DNA of 62,769 nt, counting the filler, from Welwitschia mirabilis (lineage: Eukaryota), in assembly GCA_051453625.1 (NCBI GenBank). It is 6 parts of one record of this genome, joined end to end, with 100 filler letters (N's around TTAATTAATTAA, not from the genome) between each part and the next. Parts side by side here need not be neighbours in the genome. Positions count along the whole stretch, not along the records: positions 1 to 18,937 come from JBOZIK010000001.1; positions 19,038 to 27,070 come from JBOZIK010000001.1; 4 more parts are not named here. One strand, given 5' to 3'. Of this stretch, positions 13,501-24,231 are shown piece by piece (position 1 is the stretch's first letter; each line of letters opens with the position of its first letter). A model generated the notes under the pieces. That model searched no databases, had not been told where the DNA came from, and saw nothing but the letters and a program-made list of their open reading frames with translations. The position numbers and the translations under genes are program-made.

Positions 13501-15870
13501 ACAATGACAACCCCATGACTGTTACTACACAAAAATGTACAAATCTACCTCTCAGAACTAGAAGGGATCATCCAATAGACCAAATCATTGTAAATCTAGA
13601 ATCTGGAATAAGTGCCAGACGAGGTATGAGTAATGTTTGTGCACATTTCTGCTTTGTTTCTCATATTGAACCTAGAAATATAACTGAAGCAGAACAACAT
13701 GAGCAATGGGTGGAAGTGATACAAAAACAACTAATGCAGTTCAAAAGGAATGGAGTTTGGGACTTGGTTCCAAAGCGAAAAGGTAAATATATTATTAGTA
13801 CTAAATGAGTATTTAAGAATAAGCTAGATGAAACAGGTACCATAGTGTAGAACAAGGCTCGGTTAGTAGCTCAAGGTTATAGTCAAGAAGAAGGAATAGA
13901 CTACGGTGAGATCTATGCTCAAGTGGCTAAACTTGAATCTATCAGACTTTTGCTAGCCTATACATTTGCCATGAACACTAAGTTATTTCAAATGGATGTG
14001 CAAGATGTGCAAAGCACCTTCCTTAATGGATATATAGAAGAGGAAGTATTCATTAAACAACAACTAGGTTTTATTGATGCTAACTATCTTGAACATATTT
14101 TTAAGCTCAAAAAGGCCTTGTATGGACCACTATTACTAGACTCACGGTGAGTCCCATGATCTTGGGAGTCCGCGAGTTCGCGGCTCACCATGAGTCTGTG
14201 TTCGCGAACTCGCAGAGACGAGACCGGCGTTCGCGGACTTGCAAGACTCGCTAGTAACAAAAAAAAGTTAAAAAAACAAAAAATGAGAAAAACCGGTTTT
14301 TAGCTATATAAAATGGGACCTCTTAACAGACAAAACACGTTTGGCACCAACACTATTCACCAATTCGCATTTCGCTGAGATTCTTCATGCTATTCGCCAG
14401 TTCACATGTTTTCTGCCAACGCTGATTCCATTAGCANNNNNNNNNNNNNNNNNNNNNNNNNNNNNNNNNNNNNNNNNNNNNNNNNNNNNNNNNNNNNNNN
14501 NNNNNNNNNNNNNNNNNNNNNNNNNNNNNNNNNNNNTTATTGGAAAGCTAGAATCTTGAATAAGTACCAAATGAGGTATAAGTAATGTTTGTGCACATTT
14601 CTGTTTTGTCTCTCACATTGAGCCTAGAAATATAGCTAAAGCAGAACAACATGAGCAATAGGTGGAAGCTATGCAAAAAAAACTAATGCAGTTCAAAAGG
14701 AATGGAGTTTGGGACTTGGTTCCAAAGCCAAAAGGTAAGCATATTATTGGTACTACATGGGTGTTTAAAAATAAACTAGATGAAACAGGTACCATAGTGC
14801 AAAACAAGGCTCGGTTGGTGGCACAAGGTCACAGCCAAGAGGCAGGAATAGACTAGGGTAAGACCTATGCTCCAGTAGCTAGGTTTCAATCTATCAGACT
14901 TTGTTAGCCTAGGCATGTGCCATGAACATTAAGTTATTTCAAATGGATGGGAAAAGCACCTTCCTCAATGGATACATAGAAGAGGAAGTAGTCGTTAAAC
15001 AACCATCAGGCTTCATTAATGTTAACTATCTTGAACATTTTTTTAAGCTCAAAAAGGCCTTGTATGAACTCAAACAAGCTTCTAGAGCTTGGTATTAGAG
15101 GTTGTCAAAATTCTTAGTTGAGCATTGGTTCAAATGGGGTAATGTTGATCCTACCTTGTTTATCAAAAAGGCTGACAGTGCCATTCTCATTCTTCAAAAT
15201 TAGGCTGATAATATAGTGTTTGGAGTGACTAATGAAAAACTAATAGTGGATTTTTCAAAGACCACATAAAAGGAATTTGAGATGAGCATGCTTAGAGAAC
15301 TCAATTTTTTCTTAGAATTGCAAATTAAGCAACTTGCGAATGGAATATATTAGGTCAATCAAAGTATGTTAAAGAATTGTTGGCCAAGTACAAGCTTGAC
15401 AACACCAAAGAGGTTAGTACCTCTATCTTTGCAACGACAAAAATTAGCAAAGATGATTCAAGTAAATCAATAGAATAGAGACTCTATAGGCATGATTGGT
15501 AGCTTATTGTATTTAACTTCCAGTAGGCCTTGTATTGCTTTTCACGTAGATATTTGTGCTAATGTATTATTCTAATCCAAAAGAATCCCATCTTTCCACA
15601 ATTAAAAGAATATTTAGATATCTTAAGCATACAAGTAATTTTGATATTTGCTTTCCACACGACACTTTACTTGATCTGGTTGGTTATAGTGATGCAGATT
15701 GGGTTGGATGTATTGATGATCGAAAGAATACGAGTGGTGCTTGTTATTTTCTAGGAAATCATTGAGTAGCATGTAGCTGCAAGAAACAAAGCTCTATATC
15801 GTTATCCACTGCAGAGGCTGAATATACATCAACAGGACCATGTTGTACTCAATTGAGTGGACACAAACTT
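10558..15870 (+). pseudogene. Copia gag-pol (gag, protease, integrase, RT, truncated RNase H) with many stops
   Basis: SISRPPFFNGCNYSFWK; WTLDSGCSRHMTG; IRSDHGGEF; GVWDLVP; KARLVAQG; LVGYSDADW; SLSTAEAEY followed by a deletion. Confidence 0.9.
14128..14436. mobile_element. Left end of non-autonomous hAT-like element inserted in copia RT
   Basis: Starts CACTATTACTAGACTC straight after the KALYG codons; GAGTC/ACTCGC motifs; similar to the left end at 16709; runs into an N gap. Confidence 0.75.
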
Positions 15871-15911
15871 AAAAAAAAAAACCCCTTTTTCAATAGAAAA
15901 GGGGCCTCACC

Positions 15912-15947
15912 TATAAAAAGGATGTGCCCCCTTCTTCCTCCTCATTC
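15912..15947 (+). promoter_or_regulatory. Candidate internal core promoter (TATA + Inr) for the extra ORF
   Basis: TATAAAAAG at 15912, CTCATTC at 15941-15947, CT-rich leader, then ATG at 16055. Confidence 0.4.
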
Positions 15948-16054
15948 TATCTCTTTCAGGTTGAAGTTCAGAAGTAAGTTCTCTCTCTCATTCAATCTTG
16001 TTTCTTCTCTTCTTTCAGTCTTCTATGCTTCTATTTTTCCTTTCCTCTTCCATC

Positions 16055-18270
16055 ATGCCAAGAGGTAAGATCCCAGTATCAAGAAAAGACAGCAGCAAGG
16101 ATAAGGAAGCAGAACCAGTTTTTGCTTTTCCAAGAACAAAGGCCATGTGGTCTCAAAGTTTCAACAAGAAGCCTCTCACTCTAGAAAGGGTAATCCTTCG
16201 TGACACTTTCATGCATTATTTCAATCTTTTATCAAGATTANNNNNNNNNNACTTATATTCTAAATCCTCATACTCATGCCTTGGTAAACCTAGTTCATAT
16301 GTTTTATTATAATGGGTCATATAAGTCTTAGCAAAACCACTTCGTTTCAAACTTGTATGGTATTGACATTGAAGTTAATCCTAAAATGACATGTAGTGCT
16401 ACTAGTTTTCCATTGGGAGAAGAAGAGTATATGCATGTAACTTCAGTTTCTGTTCTCGACTATCTTGTTCCCAAGCAAGAACTCATGGAGGTCCTTTGTG
16501 AAAAAGATAAGGCTTGGAGGACAGTAATTCCAACTCATATTTTACACCCTATTTACAAAGTACTCTTCAAAATTGTTTCTAGTAATCTCATCCCTAAGCT
16601 TGGGCATATGTATAAAGTCTCTCCTTTGTGTGCTTATGTTATGTATTGCTATGCCAGAAGCATTCAGATTAATTTACCCCAGTTAATTCTAGAAAACATG
16701 GCTTCATACACTGTTACCAAACTCGCGGCAAGTCCCATGGGTCTCCTGAGTTCACAGCTCATTTCGAGTCTAAAAAGACGAACTCGCCGTGACAAGTCTG
16801 GGAGTCCTGGACTTGCCAATCTCACCAAACTCAGTGAGTTCGACGAGTTCAGTGAGTTTGGCACCCCCAAACTCACAACTACATTAAAACAAGGTTTAAA
16901 AAATTGGTTTTTTAATGTTCAAACACCACAAGACAGTCAAGAAACATTATTTCTCTAGAAAGGATTCTGAAACAAAACAGAAACGGACAAAGAAATGGGC
17001 TGAAAGGAAAGTGAAAGTGTGAAACATCAAACATTCAAGCATCGGCATTCATGCATCAGCATTTAAGCATCAACATTCAAAGTCATCTCAGAGACTCAGA
17101 CTCAACTGTGAATCTTTGTATGGGCTGAAAAGTTTTTGTTTTTCAACTCTTGTCAAAGATTTGAGTATTTAACGCATAGCTAAAGCATTAGCACTCAAGC
17201 AAAGATAGTAGTAGCACCTACTAATGATTCCTTCCTCTCTGCCATCGTTATGTGTTTTCCTTCACACCAAGAAAATTGCATAAGCATAAAACAATGCAAA
17301 AATATTTATTATAATCTTGTTTTGTGTATAAAGTAACTGTGTTTTGTCATTTTCTTTAGGTNNNNNNNNNNNNNNNNNNNNNNNNNNNNNNNNNNNNNNN
17401 NNNNNNNNNNNNNNNNNNNNNNNNNNNNNNNNNNNNNNNNNNNNNNNNNNNNNNNNNNNNNNNNNNNNNNNNNNNNNNNNNNNNNNNNNNNNNNNNNNNN
17501 NNNNNNNNNNNNNNNNNNNNNNNNNNNNNNNNNNNNNNNNNNNNNNNNNNNNNNNNNNNNNNNNNNNNNNNNNNNNNNNNNNNNNNNNNNNNNNNNNNNN
17601 NNNNNNNNNNNNNNNNNNNNNNNNNNNNNNNNNNNNNNNNNNNNNNTTTGACAAACATAGTTATTTGTTTCATTAATATCTAATATGGTGTATCTCAACA
17701 CTTGTCTAATATTTAGAAATGCTCTATGCCTTATTTAAGTGCATAAAAATGCCTTTTGCTTTTAAAAATATATATGAAAACCCAAACTCTTTTAGCCTTC
17801 CCAAGTTTCTGTCGAGTTTTGTCGAGCTTTGTCGTGTTTGGCTAACGAGTCCGAGTCCATGTAGCCAAACAAGTTTGGTGCCGAGTCCGAGTTTCACAAC
17901 CATGGCTTCATATACTTAGTGGGTTCAACAACTCTACCTTATGGTGGTTTAATTACCAAGATGTATCACAATCAAGTAACTTTAAGATGAAATTGTCAAA
18001 ATGTCCAAACCGTTTGATGAATCATCCTTAGTCTGAATGAAAATTGTGGAAGGCTCAAACCCTCCACCTTCTCCTTCCCCTCCATCCAGGTAGTTCAAAT
18101 GTGCATGAGATCCCACTAATGCTCTCGTCGCTCATTTTCTATAGAAAAATGGCTCAAGAGGATCTCTTCTCAACTTTCCAAAATCTAGCAGGCCTCGTGG
18201 AATTTCGTTTGGAAGTGGCTTCAACTTCTTGCAGTAGTGGAAGCAACGGTCATGTAGATGATCCTGATTG
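16055..18270 (+). pseudogene. Extra post-pol ORF (Transposase_32-like), split by a hAT insertion
   Basis: MPRGKIP...NLIPKLGHMYKVSPLCAYVMYC...INLPQLILENMASY, then the insertion, then LPYGGLITK; 3' end approximate. Confidence 0.65.
16709..17904. mobile_element. Non-autonomous hAT element with perfect 8-bp TSD
   Basis: TSD GCTTCATA at 16701-16708 and 17905-17912; imperfect TIRs CACTGTTACCAAACTCG / CATGGTTGTGAAACTCG (rc); GAGTC/GAGTT subterminal repeats; internal N gap. Confidence 0.9.
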
Positions 18271-18862
18271 ATCTCTCTTTTATTCCTGCATCCATGCTCT
18301 TCTTTATCTTCCTTTGTCTCTTTGAGTGTCAGTTTGCGTTCCCTTTCTGCTAGGTTCTGTGAGTCAGTTTTATGTCTATGCTCCTATGTATGGTGAATAA
18401 CAAACGATATGTGATCAAATTTTTGTTAGAATTAATATAGTTTCCAGTTATTTGCTATATCTGGTCAATTGTTATGTGCTCATATTTCAACACTTTTTCT
18501 GCATATACTTTACATGGGTATTTCTGTTTCTTTTTCCCTATACAAGGTCAATGATGCCAAAAGGGGAAAAACTCTCTACCAAAGTGTGCTTCCTAAGAGA
18601 CATCAATCTCAAGGGAAGCAAATCTCAGTCTCAGAGGGAGATATATTATTGTTCTTCAGAATTGTGCTTCTTAAGCAAATCTTAGGCTCAGGGAAGATTA
18701 CTGTTTCTTAAAGTGCAAGAAGGCATGGAGTTTGTCATCATTGAGAAGCAGGCGATTGTGGATTAAGAATTTCAATGATGCCATTATAATGAGATTGATA
18801 AAACGTTCTCGATGTGTGCATCTCGAACATGCTCACCATCGTTTTTCAAAACTAGCGAGTGG

Positions 18863-18937
18863 TGTTAGGATCAAATAAGCACCCTAGAGGGGGGGTGAAT
18901 AGGGTAATTTCTCTTTACTTTAACTTAGCACAGAAAC
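18863..18937 (-). repeat. Terminus of a SIRE-like LTR nested in the preceding 3' LTR
   Basis: TGTTAGGATC...CACCCTAGAGGGGGGGTGAATAGGG, then linker. Confidence 0.75.
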
Positions 18938-19037
18938 NNNNNNNNNNNNNNNNNNNNNNNNNNNNNNNNNNNNNNNNNNNNTTAATTAATTAANNNNNNN
19001 NNNNNNNNNNNNNNNNNNNNNNNNNNNNNNNNNNNNN
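18938..19037. other. Artificial assembly linker
   Basis: N44-TTAATTAATTAA-N44, exactly 100 bp. Confidence 0.95.
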
Positions 19038-19956
19038 AAATGATGAAGAACTTTACCAACATGATCACTCTAACTAAGCCACAACTTCCTCTACCTTCTA
19101 TCTCTAATTATTCTCATTCTCAAAATTTTATTAGCCTACGTAACATCTTTCATGTCAAATTGCTTATTCATTGTTATTTTTAAACATTTAATTTCGGCCA
19201 CATCATTCCCTGCAACCAACATGTCATCTACATACAAGAGCAAAATGATAAATTTACCTGTAACACTTAGTTTTGTGTTCTTACTACTCCACTCGACCGC
19301 TAATGCATGACTACCCTAAGTAGATAGGAGCCAATTACTTGTCTACCAGATCAAAGACAAGATTTGTGGTGCATATCATGCAAAAAGAACCTAAAGTTGT
19401 TCTATAGCGACAAGGGGTTAATTGCCACTATCAAGGTAAAACATAATAAGGGAGATTAAGCAAGGACGCTTAATCCTAAAGTTGGATAAAATGTAATATC
19501 TATTTCATATTTAATATTAAAAGTTAATATAAATACATAAATAACAATATTACTTAGTGAAAGATTTGGTTATTTTCTGTGGAACATGTTACTCTTTCTA
19601 AAGTATACTTACTATCTTTTGTTATTATTTGTTATTTAACATTATGTATGAAGAGATGTAATACAGAGAGATACAACACTTAACCAACACATAAATAATA
19701 ATAGGTTCATCAGAGGAAAGAACTAAAAATGAAGAGAGAAAATAATTGGGTTTCATTCTTTTTCTAGTTCTTAAAACGCTTACTGGTTTCTGGGCATTAC
19801 ATCCATAAGCATACTTTCCATATCCATTTAATGTATAGAACATTTTTCCAACCTTTATTTTCCTGCTCTATCGTTGTAAGTCATTTTCATAACACATCAT
19901 TAACATAACAAAGCCAATAGTACTATTATCTTTAGAATGGTAACAATCATAACGAT

Positions 19957-20351
19957 CATAGTTATTTGAAGCAACTCATTTGTGGGAGCATTTTTAGCAC
20001 TTTGGAGATTTAGATCACCAAAATCATTTTGAACTACTTTGCATATCACCTAGAATCACAAAGTCCCAGGAAGGAAAAAACACATAATTTATTTGCAAAA
20101 TTTAAGACATCAAGTTCAAATCTTATAGATGACTTTGCAAATCTAATATGTAGATGTTGGACAGAGAGAATGGAAGCTAATTTTTTTAAAAAAAAGTTTG
20201 TGCCGAAAAAAAAAACATGTGTTATGTGTGAAAGAAATTCAGAAGGACAGAAAAATAGGCTTTGCCCTTTAAAAGTGCCAACTTTATGCGACTGTTTCGT
20301 AGATTATGGGATTGCACAGATCGCGATTTTGGTCTGCACTAGACAACCATT
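19957..20351. mobile_element. Possible old hAT-like MITE
   Basis: Ends CATAGTTATT / GACAACCATT; flanks ATAACGAT / GTAATGAT (6/8 match). Confidence 0.35.
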
Positions 20352-21080
20352 GTAATGATGTTATCAGAGTTCACGTTTGCCAAACATGGACCTACCCTTC
20401 ACCCATCTACCAGCTGACTGATTTGTCATGTATAACAATTGTAGTATGGCATAAGGGGGTAATCTAATACATGGGAAATGGTTCGGACAATCTAGTTTGT
20501 GTGGGATTGTCCACCCCCTTCACCCATGGGATGGCATTATAAGGTGAGACCTAATACACAAAAAATTAATTTAAAATATAAAAGATGAATAAGAGAACAC
20601 ATTTCCTGATGGACAATGCACTTGGGTAACTGAATGTTTTACTAGGCTATGAAGTATTTGATTTTGTTGTCAATGTTTTATGCCCATTAAATGCCAATGA
20701 GACAAGTGGTATTGTTTCAATAAAAACTCAAATATTCATCTTTTCCTTTCTAGATGCTCTGATTCCAAGAGTAAACTAGTAATTAACATGTTCACAAAGG
20801 AAACCAAGTGATATCAGAATGTGGCACTAATACATGAGTTAAGTGCACCTAGATTAATTAAAAAAACCTGTCATTTAACAAAAAAATTATGGTACAAAAT
20901 ATAGAGATAATTGAAGCTGACTAGGAAAAAAGGGAAGGATAACATGTCTTGGAATCTGTAATACAAATCCGACACTAGAGAATAAATATGAGACTGCAAT
21001 GCTCCAAGCGTCATACATAGACAAACAAAACAACCACAGCAATATGAATGGATATGGTAGATACGAAATTAAATTTAAAC

Positions 21081-21246
21081 CTGTACTTCAGATCTCCGCA
21101 ATGTTTTAATCATGAACCTCTCATCTTGAGATAAGTAAAACACACTTCCGCTTTTCCCTGGAGAGGAAAGCTCCCTTAATGCAGTACTCCCACAAATTGA
21201 CATCATATAATCAGCAGCATCAATCTTGAACATTTCTCGCAGATTC
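21081..21246 (-). CDS. PIP5K: Internal exon of phosphatidylinositol 4-phosphate 5-kinase (plant type B, PIP5K7/8/9-like), kinase domain
   Basis: [55 protein letters not shown] with the PGKSGS loop and FMIKT lysine; acceptor TTAG|G at 21247/21246, donor CAG|GTTTAA at 21081/21080; 166 nt = 1 nt + 55 codons, no stops. Confidence 0.93.
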
Positions 21247-22466
21247 CTAATAAGCATGTTAATTACAAGAAAATGTGAAGAAAACTATTTGAAACATACC
21301 TTTGACATCTTAAAAAGATAAATACAACTTTATATAGATATAAAATATTCTCTATAATTCATAATAATGAAGATTCAAAATGGTCCACTAAAAATTAATT
21401 GAGAGACATGGACAAAACAAGGTATAGAATAGTGTCTAGAAACTTTGGGTTTGCAAGCTCCAAAGTCAATGAAAACAGATTTTGGTGTTTAGAACGAATG
21501 AACAAGTGTGAGATGTATTGGGAGAAGAACTCTTTCTCCAACAAAATACCACAGTTAGCTGCACTTAATGGATAGGATAAAAGGTTAATCTCTAGGTTAA
21601 GCAGACTTATTCTCTTTCAAAATGTTGTTTCCAATGGTCATATTTATCAATTACAATCCGAGATAAATATTAGTCAAGACTTAAAAAGAAAAATAATTGG
21701 AGACTTACTGCCCATTCAAGTTCAAATAATTGGGACAAGCTATGTTATCAAAATATAAACGTTCTCCCATGAACCCATGGTTCTTAACTACAAGCGAATC
21801 AATTCTGAAGCACATGAATTGTTCACACATGGATGCATCATGCTATAGACCTTGGTAGTCAAAATAACATATAAAACCTATGTATGGTTCTGTTATTCAG
21901 TTGGATAGTCCTGCTCCTAGATGGCTAGCTCTAGAAGCAGTGAATTTGATCACATTTAAACACTCTTTCTGAGGTTTATGCCACGTTACAATAACGTTTA
22001 GAGACCATAACAATATGCACTTGAAATAAAGCCTGGAGCGATATACATAGGGATGTGGTTTGATGTGAGACCAAAAGCACTAATGGGTCTCTATTCCTAG
22101 GACCTACATGACCAGACCAATTTAAAAATGGGTACATTACAATCAGCATTAGATTGTATTAGAGCATTCAGGATCCCAAGAAGGATGAGGAATCTGATGA
22201 TTTAAGTTAACCGTGAACTAGGTTATAATGAATCACATGTCTAAGTATCCTTCCCTTCTTTGAGGAAAAAAGACTGACTATATGAAAAATTAAAAGAAAT
22301 GTTTTATCCCTACAATTAAAGAAATTTCCACCAAGGGATGACAAACCAAGTTTGAAAGAAGTTGTACATAGATGAAGCATTCTCAATATAGACAAACCTA
22401 ATAGCTCATTTGGAGGAAGAAAATGTTTATTTGTGCTGTTTTCTAACTAATTATGATGCCAAGTAA

Positions 22467-22739
22467 TATTGTAGCAAGACTTAAATTCGCCACCCACGTT
22501 GGGTAAGGGGAAACTTGGCTCAACTAAGTGGTTGACTTGACAAAAAAATCAGCAAAGACTCAGTGCAAACTCACACAGACTCGTGCACACTCATGAGTTA
22601 AAAGTGAAAATCATGAGTTTTATGGGAAAAAAACAATAAAACTCACATCCACCAAGTTTCTGTTTCATAGACTTCCTGGTGGAGAATAACTCACAACTTG
22701 ACCAATACTAAGAAAATCACCATGAGTCTCGCTACAATG
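22467..22739. mobile_element. 273-bp hAT-type MITE
   Basis: TIRs TATTGTAGCAAGACTT / CATTGTAGCGAGACTC (rc); TSD CCAAGTAA / CCAAGTAG; internal ACTC motifs. Confidence 0.8.
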
Positions 22740-23290
22740 CCAAGTAGCAAAGATGCGCTTTTTGGGCAATAGAGAAGATGTCTAACAATATAGATCACAA
22801 AACTTTGAGGAAAAGACAGCCATTAGAAGTAATGATGTTTTCTTCAAGAGGTACATGGTCTTCCCTAGATGTTAAGGGATCAAAGCATGGAAGAGATTTA
22901 CTATGGGTTAATGATATGGTCTCAAAGACAAAAGATGTCGGATGATAATGTTGATTCTTTGAGTTATGATTTTGAACTCACTAATGTACGCTTCATATGG
23001 CACCCTCTCACACAAGCTTACAATATGACATTGAGTAATATGCTAATTAAGATATGAAAGTTGCAGAATATAAGTTTGGTTTTTTTAAGCCAAATTTGAG
23101 TGCCTATGCAACCTCGTCACATTCTCTGAACCTATGTAAGTATGCAGACTCAAAATGTACCCCCACTGCCATGGATGGTGTAGGTGTGGGCTGCTTCATT
23201 GCTAGTTGTATTATCTAAAGCTTTTGCCTACTAATAATTGATTTGCACTGCTTTCTCAAGGACATATGTTGGAAAGAGGCCTGGTACACA

Positions 23291-23960
23291 TGTAATGTAA
23301 GACCTATGTAATATACTAATCTTGGAAAATGAGTGTAAGTAGGAAGCTCAAGAGATCATTTAAAATTGGTTTCGAGGCTTTGAAGGTGGGGATAGACAAA
23401 TCTAGAAAAACTCTCAACATCATCGATACTTGTATCACCCAGCAACATCNNNNNNNNNNNNNNNNNNNNNNNNNNNNNNNNNNNNNNNNNNNNNNNNNNN
23501 NNNNNNNNNNNNNNNNNNNNNNNNNNNNNNNNNNNNNNNNNNNNNNNNNACCCAGCAACATCCTAACAGCAATCCTGTTATAATGTCTTCGATAGAGTGA
23601 CAAAGTAGTGACCATCCTTACAGACTGAAAGTGTCACCCTGTACCATCACCTAGTGATACCATCTAGCAACAACTCCCATACTTATAGACTAAAAGTGTC
23701 GCTCAGTACCATCACCCAGCAACACAAGTAACAATCGCAACAGTTCTAGCATAACCAATTTTTTAACTCCTTTACCAATTTGCACACTATAAAGGAAAGG
23801 GGCTTGTCCTTGCGATGGNNNNNNNNNNTCTTGTGAGTTAGAGTGAGACCTTTGTGTCCTAATCCTCAATGTAGCTCAGGCATTTCAAATATTTGACTTA
23901 ATAAAATTATTCATCATTTCTAATTCTCATATTGCGTGTTGCTTCGCATTAAGATTTACA
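23291..23960 (+). repeat. LTR-like sequence, possibly a solo LTR
   Basis: TGTAA...TTACA ends, internal repeats (CATCACCCAGCAACA; CTTAYAGACTRAAAGTGTC x2), TATAAAGG, AATAAAA; no TSD found. Confidence 0.35.
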
Positions 23961-24231
23961 ACTGATGTAGTACAATACATCATTTGAGACTAGTTAGGTG
24001 ACAGCCAACTAGGTTAGAATAATGACGTGCATTTCCTTTACATTGATGTTTCTCTATTATTGAAAGTACTAAACTGTTGTGGAGCAACTTGCTCTCTCTC
24101 TCTCTCNNNNNNNNNNNNNNNNNNNNNNNNNNNNNNNNNNNNNNNNNNNNNNNNNNNNNNNNNNNNNNNNNNNNNNNNNNNNNNNNNNNNNNNNNNNNNN
24201 NNNNNNNNNNNNNNNNNNNNNNNNNNNNNNN

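Larger units (their letters stand above)
9186..18862 (+). mobile_element. Near full-length, probably composite SIRE-like Ty1/copia element
   Basis: 5' LTR ~9186-10501 ending CCTATTCACCCCTCGTCTAGG..CA; PBS; gag-pol; extra ORF; multiple PPTs 18550-18756; 3' LTR from 18757 shares GATGTGTGCAT..AACATGCTCACCA..TTTTTCAAAACTAGC with the 5' LTR. Confidence 0.85.

Noticed and set aside
18982-18993. Recurrent palindrome TTAATTAATTAA as a biological motif
   Set aside because: Always centred in exactly 44+44 Ns; it is a scaffolding linker
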